The notes beneath the pieces were generated by a model. It did not search any database and was not told the DNA's origin. It was given only the letters and a program-made list of their open reading frames with translations. A stretch of DNA of 64,000 nucleotides from Leucoraja ocellata. Its lineage: Eukaryota. Shown in pieces: positions 24,140-37,229 of the stretch. The DNA lies in contig JAWMAR010000008.1 in NCBI GenBank assembly GCA_036785375.1, positions 6,200,001-6,264,000 of the forward strand, given 5' to 3'. The translations under genes and the position numbers were made by a program. Within the stretch, counting starts at the first letter, position 1. Each line of letters opens with the position of its first letter.

Positions 24140-24600
24140 CTTGTCCTCATCTTTCTCTCCACCAGCCTTCGTATCCAACACATCATCCTACATTTCCGTC
24201 ACTTCTAACGTGATTCTACCACTAAGCACATCTTCCCATTTCCCCTTCTTTCTGCCTTCCACAGAGACTGCTCCTTCTGCAACTTCATGGTTCACTCATC
24301 CCTTCCCACCCAAACCATCCCATTCCCAAGTACTTTTCCGTGCAATCGCAGGAGATGAAACACCTGTTCTTATACCTTCCTCCTTTCCTCCATCCAGAAA
24401 CTCCAACAGTCGTTGCAGGTAAGACAGAGGTTCACATGCACTTCCTCTAACCTCATCTACTGCATCAGGTGTTCGATGTGGACTCCTATCCAAGACCAAG
24501 CACAGACTTGGCGATTGTTTTGCTGAACACTTACGCTCAGTCCACCAAGGTCTACTGGATCACCTGGTTCCAACTACTTTAACTCCCCTTCCCATTCCAA
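24140..24600 (+). mobile_element. Penelope-like element fragment with decayed GIY-YIG endonuclease
   Basis: Reads TFPCNRRR-NTC...QVRQRFTCTSSNLIYCIRC..CGLL...TKHRLGDCFAEHLRSV...NYFNSPSHS, with stops and frameshifts. Confidence 0.85.
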
Positions 24601-26244
24601 AAACAGCCACTGGTTGTTGAGGAACTACTCGAGGCTCTGTCCTAGGCACAATTTGTTCTCAACTCGTAAGCAAATGAAAGAGCTCGTACTTGCATGCAGC
24701 AAGATCGATACAACAAAGAAAACCACTACATCTTATAAGGTTTTGAGCCTTTCCTGCTCCTTTGTTATCGAGGCTAACAAGCAACCACTTGTTAGGAGTG
24801 TTACTTCCAGTTTGCTCCATGTTGTCATTTGCACCACGACACTGTTGCTGTTGTTGTTCAGGCGAACAAGACACCAGTCCAGCCAATTAATGTCCTCAAC
24901 TCGCATCCAGCACCGCAGCAACATAAGGCCTGATCTTCCCAACCCTAGGCCTCACTCTCCTGCACAACTGTACCCCACCTCCACCCCTCCGTCCGCACCA
25001 CTTTATCAGTGGAACCATCATTTTTGGTAGCAGTTGCTAAAATGATGCATGGTGCATGGCTCCCACCAACATCGCTACCCCTTTATAAGACAGCACCAGG
25101 CATCTCCACAGGACCACACTCGAGATGCACAAGCTCGAGATGGAAGGGTGTCATGTGTTGCATTTGCATGGTGTCTGATTGTTTTTAACTCTAACGTACC
25201 TCTTCTCGCCTGAGAAAGGAACAAAATAACCACAAGAAAAAATATTCAAACCGGAGGACGGATTTGGCAGCTAGTAAATCAGGTGCTTTAAAACCATGCA
25301 TGTTTTTTGTCTCTGAAGGATTCAGCATCAGGCTATCTCCCTGCAGGGACAGTGTTGAAATACTGCAGCAGAATATTCCATCAGGGGAGGCAGCAGACAG
25401 CTGTAAGGTACCTCTTGGGAAACAGCCACTGGTCAGGTGGATCACCACTGGTCCTATGTTACTCATCTCAAAACAGCTGGTTCTGAGAAGACAGACAAGA
25501 GCAAAATGATTGTGCTCGAAGGCATCATTGTAATTTACAGAAAGTAGATTAAATAACTGCTTCCATTTGGCAAACATTCTGCAACACTACATCATACAGA
25601 GCAAGGAACATCAGATTCGATCATTATAATTGAACATCAAGTTCGATCAGTTGTCTGTTTAATTAATTGATCTCAGCGAGCTCAGGAAAAATAATCCATT
25701 GGTCAGATTTTGCTTCTCTGTTTCTTCTTGTGCAGTCACCTGCTGAAATGTGTTCATGTTTAAACATCAAATAAGTCCAGGGCTTCCATCACTCAGCTGA
25801 GATGCCAGCCTTTTCGAATAACCTCCCAACTCGTTATGTAATGAATAGCAAGGTTAAAGAGCGCATATTACCTGGAAAATCTTGTAAATCCTCAGGAAAG
25901 AAGAAATTAAAATAAAGGAAAGCTGAAGGAAACTCAACTGAACTCAACTCCTATACTTTATATTTCTAACTCTATCCCCACGCTTCCAGACATCACCACA
26001 ATGCCCCAAGCATAATCCCTCAAACTACATTTAACAATCTGCCGGCAAGCAGCTAGCTAAAATGGAAATAATTTATGGGAACGTCAACTGATTTCAACTG
26101 GTCTCACACTGCCTTAGGGTAGACAAAGGAAAAAATAATCAATTGGTCTTCCAACATTGATTTTCCTGTCTGAGATGAGCATAGCATTAGGTTAAATGGG
26201 TGTACTGATAAGTCGGTATAACTCAGCTTGGAAACAGTATGTGT

Positions 26245-26400
26245 AAGACCATTCAGCCCATTGGGTCTGTTCCGGTATTCGATCATGGTTTGTCTATTTT
26301 TCCCTCTCAAACCTATTCTCCTGCCTTCTCCCCGTAACCTTTGACAATCTTACTAATCAAGAAACTAACAATCTCTGCTTTAAATATACCCAATGACTTA
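26245..26400 (-). mobile_element. CR1 3' tail fragment
   Basis: CCATTCAGCCC...GATCATGG...ATTCTCCTGCCTTCTCCCCGTAACC. Confidence 0.65.
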
Positions 26401-27106
26401 TTGATGATTGGCATTGTGTTTAGGGAACACAATTCCTTTTAACTTAAACATGAAGCTGTCTCTATCTCTTACAAACCATTTCTTCCTTAACTCGTAACTT
26501 TGATTTACTGTCACTCACTGTTGCCCAAGATCCTTGGTTGGGTTGTAGGCTCCAGGTTACAGAAGATGCAAGTAATATCACAAGAAACAAACTAATTGGA
26601 AGAAAAAATTACAAGCAGAAACACCTTAGTCGGGCAACATCTATAGAATGAGAAACTGGTTTAGGCATCTTATTGTCACATGAGATCCAGTGAAATAGTT
26701 TGTTTTGCATGCTGTGTAATCAAATTGGATAATAGTGTGCATAAATGCAATCAAGCCAAACATAAGTACAATAGATAGATCAATGGGGAAGTACCAGTCC
26801 CAGAGACAAAATCTCCATCTTCCCTGACTGAGAACGAACCTGATCTGCAGCTCTTAAAGGTGGCAAAACATAATCACTAGGCCATCAGGGAAACCGCGAT
26901 AACTTTTTATCAATGTCATTTAACGTAAAACCTGTAACCGAGCAATTTGCCTGTATCTTCTCAAAGCATTGTACTGGGACCATGGCGCTGAGTGAGATAG
27001 GGAGTTGTGATTAAGGCTTCAGTTTATGAGTTTGCGAACGCAGTCCAGGAGAGTTTTGCGCTGTTAGAAATTAAATATTTTGGATGAGGCCTAATTTTCT
27101 TTCGCA

Positions 27107-27438
27107 AGCAGCACGATGTTGCAGCGGTAGAATTGCTGTCTTGCAGCATTTGCAGAGCCAGAGACCCGGGTTCGATCCTGACTACGGGTGCTGTCTGTCT
27201 GGAGTTTGTACGTCTCCCCGTGACCGCGTGGGTTTTCTCCGAAATCTTCGGTTTCCTCCGACACTCTAAAGCTGTACAGGTTTGTAGGTTAATTGGCTTG
27301 GGATTGTATACTTGGTATAAGTGTAAATTGTCCCCAGTGTATGTAGGGTAGTGTTAATGTGCAGAGATCGCCGATTGGTGCGGACCCGGTGGGCTGAAGG
27401 GCCTGTTTCTGCGCTCTATCTCTAAACTAAACTAAACT
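27107..27438 (+). mobile_element. HE1/V-SINE
   Basis: tRNA head (GGTTCGATCC), V-domain GGAGTTTGTACGTCTCCCCGTGACCGCGTGGGTTTTCTCC, CR1-like tail plus (CTAAA)n. Confidence 0.9.
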
Positions 27439-27494
27439 GAAAAAGGTATTTCAAAAGATTCCAGATCACTCAATCAAAGTGCAGAGGAATATCT

Positions 27495-27680
27495 ACCCAT
27501 CTGCACTTGTCTTGCTAGCTCTTGTCGCACCGCATCCTCCCACCTCTTTATACTGGCTACCTCCCTCTACTCTTTCAGTCAAGGTGAGGGGTGTCGAACT
27601 GAAACATTAACTGTAACACCCTTCCACAGACGCTGTCTTAACCATTGGGTTCCTCCAGTTGCTCCACTGTTTTTGCTGCA
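27495..27680 (+). mobile_element. Degraded Penelope 3' region
   Basis: TTTCAGTCAAGGTGAGGGGTGTCGAACTGAAAC...GACGCTG...GTTCCTCCAG. Confidence 0.45.
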
Positions 27681-28254
27681 GAGTTTATACCTTCCTTGAT
27701 TTTTATCCCTCAAACCACAAGAAGATGAGTTATCACCATCACACTGCTGATGTGGACCTTACTACAACAAATTATTTGCCACTTTCCCTACTTCACAACA
27801 GTCACCATATTTCCAAATTACTTAATGAACTGTAAAACATTTTAGAACATACTGTTGTGGGACAAGATGGCGTGAAAGATTCTTTGTAGTTTGGCTTGGT
27901 TCCTACTTTTAGGCCAAATAAATCTTTCTTAGTTATTCCCGTGGGATTAGTCACTGGCTCTAAAATTCATATGGGAGTTAAATCCCAAAACATCTTCAGA
28001 GGTGCTAAAGGGAATATGGGATCTTACATTCAATGCTTTGTTCTAAACATCTGCACAGTGCCCGGCATATGTCACATCTCCAGAAGCTACTTGGATACAG
28101 TATATTCCGGGATTGGAATTAATGGCTTGGGCCCGACTGTGTAATCAATAACGTTCCATCAAAGTAGGTCAGCATGCTCAGCTCGTTACTGCCTTTGGGA
28201 TAGCCGTGCATGGACATGTTTTTGTCACTCTGCTACGAAAAATGCCATTAAGCT

Positions 28255-28560
28255 GAAAAGAGTGTTGTGAAGGTTTATGCAGATGTTGCCAGAATTTGAG
28301 GACCTGAACTACAGAGAGAGGTTGGGCAGATGAGGTATTTAATCCTTGGAGTGCAGTAGGCTGACAGAGGAATGTATATAAAATCATGAGTGGAATGCAC
28401 CAGGATATGGGAATGAAGAACCAGAGGCCATATGTTTAAGGTGAGAAGGGAAAGATTTAACAGGTACCTGAGGGGCAGCACAGTGGTGTAGCTAGTAAAG
28501 CTGCTGCCTCATTGCACTAGAGACCCGGGTTCAATCCTGATCTCAGGTGCTGTTTGTGTG
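28255..28560 (+). mobile_element. CR1 fragment fused to an HE1/V-SINE head
   Basis: CR1 (GHMFKVRRERF) to ~28477, then SINE head GGGGCAGCACAGTGG...GGTTCAATCC. Confidence 0.7.
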
Positions 28561-28679
28561 GGGGTGGGGGCAGTCTGAGCAATGACTAACTATGCCCATT
28601 ATGCCTGTTATCTTTCAACCAGATTTATTTTATAGCCATTTGGATCCAGTTGCTAAAAGACACAATGTGAATTTTGCAT

Positions 28680-28762
28680 TCGAAACCCTTCTTCACCCAC
28701 TGAGTTTCTCCAGCATTTTTGTCTACCTTCGATTTTCCGGCATCTGCAGTTCCTTCTTAAAC
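28680..28762. mobile_element. Collapsed Penelope-type terminal unit
   Basis: CGAAACCCTTCTTCA joined to CTGAGTTTCTCCAGCATTTTTGTCTACC...GCATCTGCAGTTCCTTCTTAAAC. Confidence 0.6.
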
Positions 28763-28866
28763 CTCAATTTTGCATTGCCACATTTAGGAGTATGGAGAGT
28801 ATTTCTGGCATCTCACCTGAACTTTATTGTAACTGGGTAGGAGAGGGGTAGTAAAGGTTTAGTTTG

Positions 28867-29028
28867 TGTAGTGTATTTTGGGTACTTGGAACTGACTCAA
28901 AAGAACCCTCAGATACAGGTGTAAACTAACCAGCTTCTTTATTGTAGGATGCCACCATGAGTCTCCTCTAGCGCAGGCGTCCCCTCGCACAAGACATAAC
29001 ATATGCTAATTACATTATATACATTACA
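28867..29028 (-). mobile_element. Solo LTR, 162 bp
   Basis: TG...CA ends, inverted termini TGTAGTGTAT/ATACATTACA, 5-bp TSD GTTTG (28862-28866, 29029-29033), AATAAA on the minus strand. Confidence 0.8.
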
Positions 29029-29841
29029 GTTTGCGTTGCAGCTTCATTAGGATTCATCTAATCTTTAGGTATGTCTTAGCACAGCTGGCAGAGCTGTTGT
29101 CTCATAACTCCAGTTACTTTCTCCCTTTGAATGTGCATGTTTCCTCAGGTTCTTCTTTTTCCTCCAATGTGATAAAGATATGTGGGGTCATGGGTTGGTG
29201 ACCATAAATTTTGTAGATTTTTGGAAGAATGTGGGGACAGTAAAATGGGATTAGGAAAATAATGAGTATAAATGGTGTTTAATGCTGTGGATTAATTGGT
29301 CTGAAAAGACTCTTCCATGTCCTGTCATGATTTTCTCAATTGGCCTCATGCTGTCCTCTGTGTAGTTTCATTGATGAGTTGGGAGATTGGCTGAGGTTGC
29401 TTTAGTTAACTCTGTTTGCTCCACTAGATCACTGGCCTAAGGACAACGACAGTCAGAACCAGGTACAATAACCTTCTCATCTTATGCGCACCTTCTCATT
29501 TAAATACACTCACAGCCCCACTGGGAGCGACTGAATTTCCAACCACTAATGATTATTGTGTAACTCACCATTCCACTCCAACTGAAGTTCGCTGAAGGAG
29601 AGCAGTCTAGAGTTTAATTCCAAAGCATACAAAGCCTTTATAGACAGCCATCGGAGCATTGGAAGAATTTCAAGTGATGTACTTTGAGATGCTACATCAT
29701 ATGTTTAATTTGTAAAACCACTCTAAAGCTTGTCAGTACTTTATCTTTCTGACATATTTTGGTAATTATAACTCAAGATCAGTCACATTTTTGTGTTCTG
29801 TTCATGCAAACCAAATTTATTTTGCTTTTGTCAGCATGTGA

Positions 29842-29995
29842 TCATAGAGTTGCAGTGTAATACAGCTTGGAAACTGGCCCCTTGGCCCAACTCATCCATG
29901 CAAAGCAAGATGCTGATCTAAGCTAATCCCATTTGCCTACATTAGGACCATATCCCTCTCAACCTTTCTTATCCATGTACCTGTCCACATGCCTT
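29842..29995 (-). mobile_element. CR1 3' tail
   Basis: GGAAACTGGCCCTTGGCCCAAC...ATCCATGTACCTGTCC. Confidence 0.65.
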
Positions 29996-31255
29996 CTAAT
30001 TGTGTTCTTGTTCCTGCCACAACCAGGTTCTTTATGTCTTGCAAGCGTGCAGTACCAGTCCTGAGCTGTTGGGCTGTACATGGTTATGTACAATCCCAAA
30101 GGGCCACCATTCTGAAAGTCTGTTGCCAAATTTTTTTTTTTCAGTATTCATTAATGGAGTTCTGCGCAACAGAACGCTATTCCCTTTATGATGAACCTTA
30201 ACACATATTTCAAAACTATGCCCACTGAGTCATATTGATTCACCGGTCTGTCAACCCCAGAGAACTGATATCTGGGATATGGATATTATCCTAGATATTC
30301 ATCACGGTGTTAGCACAGGTGGGAAAAATTGAGCGCCACATACAGATTAAATCACAATAATATCTATTGTTACATTACAGCTTTGTTTAATTTTGATGAG
30401 GGAGTAAAATGCAGTAAAAGCTTTGTAGAGTAAAGTCAAGGTCACTTTTATAAGAACATTACTGGCGACAATATTGGAGGAGCTAGTCATGGATTATAAT
30501 TATGATGGACCTGCGCCACTACAGAACCTTTAACAACCTTCCCCCTTTTACCTGTGGGTTTGGCCACTGACCTCTGCAGGCAATCCACACACATGCTGCA
30601 AAATATCTGCAAAATGACTCAGCATGAAGGATTCCATATAGTTATTAATATGGCAGAAGAAAAAAAAATCAGTAAAATTATTAATATTTTACTCTGCTGT
30701 TTCATGTACTGAGGCATACATTTTCAAATTGGTATCCCTGGCAAAAGGATCACGGAGGGAATACAGCTTCCAAAGCTCTTGCATTAAATGTTAATTTATT
30801 TACATTTCAAAGACAAATGCAAAAATCTATGTGGGTGAGAGGGTACTGCACAGTCAGAGTTATCTTTCCAAATAGATGTTAAATTTACTTTCTTAGGCAC
30901 GCAGAAAAATCCCTTGGTCCTATTTTGAGGAGAGGGAGAATCATTTAACACTAATGCAAGGACAATATTAATTCCTCAATCACCAACATTAAAACAGAAT
31001 AACCAGTCATTACTGCTCTGTGTTTCTGGTGACAACTCTGATCAGATATAGATCAGTTCTCCTCTAGATCAGAGGGTTGTCTAGGAGAATCCCAAGATAA
31101 AGAGCAATGCTTGTCAGCTCTTCATCTCTTGGAATTCCTCCCTCATATTCACCCTCTTGACTGCAGAAGAGAAGTTGCTGCAGGTGCAGCAACAATTCCC
31201 TTTGTGAGCATTCTGAACACCACTGAGGATGAAGACCCTCTTTGTGTTCTCCTTA

Positions 31256-31973
31256 TGCCCCTGTCCCACTGTACGAGGTAATTCACGAGTCCTCCCGAAT
31301 TTCCCCCTGATTCGAACTCGGAGAATGTCCGTAGCGGGTCCGTAGGAGTTCGTGGATGTCTCATAGCGGCTCATAATGCTAACGGCAGGTATAAAAAGTA
31401 AAAAAAAATGTCATCACGACGATTTTTTCACTCGTGGACATTTTTTACAGGGATGAAAAAACTTCATGAGTTACCGGATGTCCCGAGTACCTACCATCCT
31501 GGGATGTCAGGACTCTCATATGATGAAAGACTGGATAGACTCGGCTTGTACTAGCTAGAATTTAGAAGATTGAGGGGGGATCTTATAGAAACTTACAAAA
31601 TTCTTAAGAGGTTGGACAGGCTAGATGCAGGAAGATTGTTCCCGGTGTTGGGGAAGTCCAGAATAAGGGGTCACAGTTTAAGGATAAGGGGGAAATCTTT
31701 TAGGGCCGAGATGAGAAAAACATTTTTCACACAGAGAGTGGTGAATCTCTGGAATTCTCTGCCACAGAAGGAAGTTGAGGCCAGTTCATTGGCTATATTT
31801 AAGAGGGAGTTAGATGTGGCCCTTGTGGCTAAAGGGATCAGGGGGTATGGAGAGAAGGCAGGTACAGGATACTGAGTTGGATGATCAGCCATGATCATAT
31901 TGAATGGTGGTGCAGGCGCGAAGGGCCGAATGGCCTACGCCTGCACCTAATTTCTATGTTTCTATGTTAGCGT
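31256..31973. mobile_element. PIF/Harbinger-type MITE, interrupted by CR1 and truncated on the right
   Basis: TTA|TGCCCCTGTCCCACT start, CpG-rich palindromic interior; TACCTACC|GTTAGCGT is split by the CR1 insert. Confidence 0.75.
31496..31965 (+). mobile_element. Young 5'-truncated CR1/HER1 LINE
   Basis: ORF 31570-31875 RGDLIETYKIL...RGHSLRIRG...FFTQRVVNLWNSLP; tail GGGCCGAATGGCCT...(TTCTATGT)n. Confidence 0.95.
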
Positions 31974-32679
31974 AACCCTCTGATCTAGAGTAATTTTTAG
32001 TGCGTTATACTAGTTCATAGGATTCAACGGCAGTTCACCATTCTCTAGCTCAGCAACTAATTTAGGATCAATTAATTTTTCACAAAATGGTACATTAAAG
32101 TATTGAATATTTACAGGATTCTTAATTCATATTCAGGCAGAAAGAACAAATTACGGTTGGCCATCACCCCCAAGGCTCCAAAGAAGGATTCCACTGCTAC
32201 TGCAGTGTGTATCTGCCAAGGGCTTAACCTGTGGACATGAATTAAGAAAGTGAGGTTGGGGAAAGTCCAGTTCACAATGTAGGAAACGGGTCCAGTAATT
32301 GACCTGATCAAGAATGGCCTCTAGTGATGCTCAAGGGCACACACTGCATTGAATGGGATCATTGAGCTAGTAAACCTGCTTCCTCACAGCTCTAGCAACC
32401 TGGATTAGAACCCAACCTCTGTTGCTGGCTGCATGGTGTTGCATATGTCTTGTGAATGTTCACATATACCACACCTTATCTATTCTGCTAATTGCAATCT
32501 CAGACAACTCGTAATACATTTGTACCTTTCATACATCCATGTTGGTTTGACCAATACAATTATTATCCTCTAAGTGTCCTGTTACACTTCATTATTAATA
32601 CTTCCTAGCAATTTCATTCTATTGCTATCAGAGTAATCAGTCTACTGCTCTCCCCCCCCCCCCCCCCCACATTCACTAT

Positions 32680-33350
32680 CAACAATACTACCGTAATAAC
32701 TGTGGAGTCATTTTAGTTCCTTGGAACCATCATCTCCACGGACCTAAAATGGAAAGCCACCATCGACTCCACAGTCATAAAAGCCCAGCAGAGGATGTAC
32801 TTCCTGCGGCAGCTGAGAAAACACAATCTGCCACAGGCAATGATGGTCTAGTTTTATACAGCCATCATAGAGTCTGTCCTCACCTTCTCCATCATGGTTT
32901 GGTTTGGCTCAGCCGCCAAGCATGACATCCGGAGGCTGCAGCGCATCACTCGATCAGCCAAGAAGATTATTGGCTGCAACCTTCCCCCCGTTGATGAACT
33001 GTACACTGCAAGGGCCAGGAAGTGAGTGGGTAAGATCATCTCTGGCCCCTCTGACCCTGGCCACAAACTCTATGAAGTACTTCTCTCTGGGAGGCAACTC
33101 AAAGCCACCACAGCCAGACATAAAAACAGTTTTTTTTCCACGAGCAGTAGCTCTACTCAACAGCCAAAAATCTGTAACCACCTTTTGCTCTGGTATTTTA
33201 TTTTATTCTTCACATATTTAAATTATAATGTTTTATTTTTAATTGTCTACTGTATATATCACATTGTTATCCTTGCAAGCAAAACACCAAGGCAAATTCC
33301 TTGTATGCATACATATTTGGCTAATAAAATTTGTTCAATTCAATATTCAA
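32680..33350 (+). mobile_element. Rex1/Babar LINE 3' fragment
   Basis: KAQQRMYFLRQLRKHNLP...FYTAIIESVLTFSIMVWFG...LQRITRSAKKIIG; AATAAA plus (TTCAA)n tail. Confidence 0.9.
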
Positions 33351-33954
33351 TTTTAGCTCTCTCCTTTCTTAAATAGTTCCCTGAAATTTGGTGCTTTCCA
33401 ATATATGAGAACTAGTTTAAAAACAGTGCAATTTTGGAAGATGACGTCTGATGCTTCCATTATCTCAATAGCCACCTTTTTCAAAAGGTGCAGGTTGTTA
33501 CATTCTAGGAAATTATGTGGCTTTGGTCTAATTAATTCCTCCAATACTATGCATATTATTTATTTGAACCTCCTGTTCACTCGAAGCCTGTGGTTATCAC
33601 ATTTTTCCAAGAGGCTTTCTGTGTTTTCTTCCATGAAGACACACACAAAATCTTTGTTAATTTGCTAATACCCCAACATAACATCTGCTAATCTTTTCCT
33701 TTTAACATATTTATAGAAGCTTTTACAGTCTATTTCTCATTAAGCTCCTCCTACATCTAACTTTTGCTTTCATTATTAATATCTGGTCCACCTTGACTGA
33801 TTTTCCAAATGTCCCCAACACTCAAGCTGACTATCTTTGGCAATAATATAAATAGTATTCTTTTGGTGGATCACTTTCTCATTTAATTTTATGCCCTACA
33901 AACCTTGTTTAGTGTTTAAGACATGTTTTCAGAAAGGAGTGTGTTAATGCAATC

Positions 33955-34095
33955 AATAAAAAGAGATATTTTAGCTAGGTGCATGGATATGCAAGGAATG
34001 GAGTTAGAGGTATCACATATATGCAGAAGGCTTCATGTTAGGCACATACACTATGGGCCGAGGGGTCTATTCCTGTGCTGTACTGTTCTATGTTC
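33955..34095 (+). mobile_element. CR1 3' tail
   Basis: GGGCCGAGGGGTCTATTCCTGTGCTGTACTGTTCTATGTTC. Confidence 0.65.
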
Positions 34096-36699
34096 CAAAG
34101 CTTTATATGCAGGGACTGATGTGTTGCTGACAGCTCTGCTGTGCAGTGAATGTAGCCACGGACCGTAGCCCTTTAGCAGTCCTTTCACATTAATAAAATG
34201 CCCCTCTGCACATTCTGAAGAGATTGGGTGAGTGTCGCAGCACACAATGCTGAGCTGTGGGGCACAGGGCTGCGCCCTATCCAACATGGTGGGCCTTTGT
34301 TGAGGACTGATAGCAACTGCTCCATGTGTGGACAGTCTGCCCAGGGTTCTACAGTCTGTCTCGTCATCATAGAGGGTGTGGAACTTGCTGCTACACGTTG
34401 GGCTGAGTGATGATGGATGATGGATGAAAAACAGGCCGGGAAAAAGGTGTGGGCTAGATGGATCTGGCCACCGATCAACAACGACATCAGTGGTCAACGC
34501 AAGAAAGGACAATGACCTCACGCTCATGGTGAACTTATATTAACAAAGGAAAGTTTACACTTTTGAACGTTTATTCTCAATTTGTGTAAAAAAAAATGAA
34601 CAATGGAACTGTTCTTACAGTTCATACTGGCTCCATTGTTAATTAATTGTCTCCATTAAAAACAAATTGAGAATAAAAGTAAATTGAGAGTAAAAGTTCA
34701 AAAGTGTAAACATTGGGGGTTGGCTCTAGATTTACCGGCACAAAGGGGATAAGCTGATCTAAATTCAAATATAATTGTGAACCCAAAGTTATATCATCAC
34801 TCTCCCTCTGTGAACACGACACCAACAATCCCTGTGCTTTATCTTGGGCCATGTCCAGTAAATGGCCTTTCCTTGTCCCATGATATCTATGACAGGGAAA
34901 CTCTGCCCTCGATGGACATCTGACGTTCTCTCATTAAGACATTTTGTGAGGGTTTCCCCACTGCCACATCTACTAAGGTACAACAGGATAGTCACGTGAT
35001 TCCAGATGTCCAAGTTGGCCGTGTCTACGTGGGTTGGAGAAATTAGGGACAGGATATCACAGTCTAAAATCCATGATAGGGTGTGGTAACCCACAGTGAA
35101 TGATGGAGAGGTCCAGTAAACAAAGTGATCCATTCTTTGACCCTGCACTGGTTTAAAAAGCAGCTGGAATTCAAGCGGGATTAGAACACTGTTGTAGCAA
35201 GACACACAGCCCCATTGAAAAGGCTTCTCACTTAGAGTGCAGGAGTAAACCATTGTGTGCTGTGCATTGTTGCTCTCAGCATGCAGACATTGGCCTGTCA
35301 ATAGTTTAAGGCAATTGAAAGGATCTTCCAGTAAACAGCTCAGGGATATATTTATGCAGTGATCCATGAAGGAACTATGCAGCTGGGTAATAGAGATCGT
35401 GTTCATAGACCATTCAAAATCTGCAATTCAAAGCAACCAGCAGTAAATGAAAGCACTGTAACCCAGAAAACAGCAAACATGTCATAGAGCATAAAAAAGA
35501 CAAGCGGTTTCAAGAATGTCAATTGAATACCATTCAAGAAGGTAAAATAAGCCCATATAAAATGCAACTGGTCAATTGTTTTATGACTTGCTCATTAAAC
35601 TATCGTAGAGTTTAGCGGATGAGCCCTTTTTGGGGCTCATTGGCCATGAAATGGAGGTTATGAGTTCAAGTTGCACTGCATTTGTGAGCCCAGTACAGAC
35701 CTTTAGGACTTTGAACATGTCATAAATGCTGCCTTTCAAACTGACCCACTGTCTACCAGTCCGGCAGATGCAAAGGACACTGTGACATTATTCTGATTAA
35801 ATCAGCAAAGCAAAAACAAAATATTGTACCTGGTTATTTTCACGCAGTTTGATTGTGAGGCCAAGACATCAATCCGTTTCAGACGTATGGCAGAAGAGAT
35901 TCTGATCGCTGTGAGGATCCTACAAAAGATTATTTTGTGCATTCTCCATCCAGATCTTAGCAGGTCTGAGTCCAAAACATAAAAGGTGTTTTGTGATTCT
36001 CAATTACCATCACATTTAAGAATTCTATACAGGGCTTTTGACCCATTATGTAACGGTTCACTGAACTGCGTTATTAGTTTAAATATCAATGCATCTTCTA
36101 TGACATTTTTAATGGTAAGTTGGAGAGTATGTTGTTTTATGATAACAGGAGAATCATACTCTCTCATTTAAAATATATTATTTCACGAAATGGGAAACCG
36201 TTTGACCTGACGTGTCCTTTAAAGGTGATTTGCTGTATATGGAAACCAAGTGGAATATAACACTGTTGGTGTGAAGCTTATTGGCAGAAGGTTGATTGAC
36301 TGACTTCGATTTTAGTAGTTTCGAATTTCGTGAACACGTGACACGTTTATAGAATATTTGCCATCTAGCGCAGTATTCCAGTGCCAAAGTCCCAGGATAT
36401 TATGATTGGCAACATAAGTCATGCTGTCATATTCTGGAACTTTTAGACCTTCTCCACATTGCTTGCAGCAAAATTGTTAGAATTTAATTAACAAAGCTTC
36501 ACTTCATTAAAATGAATGGTGATGGCTAATTCCCTGAGTTGACACTTGTGTTGTTAGCAAAATGGCACTGGACGATAAGGAGAATGAAGATTCGTGGAAT
36601 GCAATGTCTGCAGAGTGCACATCAAGAGATAAGGACAATGGTGTAGCTTAATCTTTAATGATTTAAATCAATTATATTAATTTAACTGTAAAGGATCAC

Positions 36700-37176
36700 A
36701 TAAAGGTATATAAAATCATAAGACACATAGATGAAGTGAATGGTCACGGCCTTTTTCCCAAGGTAGGAGAATCTAAAATGAGAGGGCATAGGTTTAAGGT
36801 GAGAGGGAAAAGATATAAAAGGGACCCGAATGGAAACTTTATCACACAGATGGCGATGGATGAATGAATGAATACTTTATTATCACATGTGACAAGTCAC
36901 AGTGAAATTCTTTGTTTGCATACCCAAGGTATGTAACAGTCGCCCCACAAAGTTTGCCGACAGAGGGGTGTATGGAACAAACTGCAAGAGGAAGCTGCAG
37001 AGTCCAGAACAATTAAATGTTTAAAATAGATTTACTCAGGTACATGCATTGTAAAAGTTTAGACAAATAGTGGCAAATAATGTAAGCAAATGGGATTAGC
37101 TCAGATTGACTTTTTGTTCAGCATGGACAAGTTGGGCTGAAGGATCTGTTTTCACGTTGAATAACGCTATAACTCT
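36700..37176 (+). mobile_element. CR1 3' fragment with a nested Rex-like tail (~36860-36960, minus)
   Basis: VYKIIR...RGHRFKVRG; TGAA repeat followed by TTTATTATCACATGT insert. Confidence 0.7.
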
Positions 37177-37229
37177 AAAAACTAAATTAAAGGCAGGTAT
37201 GGCAGGGCAGACAATCTGTTATAGTTGAA

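Noticed and set aside
24614-25577. ORFs of 138 and 128 aa
   Set aside because: No recognisable family, splice context or coding-like composition.
34789-35406. 205-aa minus-strand ORF
   Set aside because: No domain recognised; probably a chance ORF in decayed retroelement sequence.
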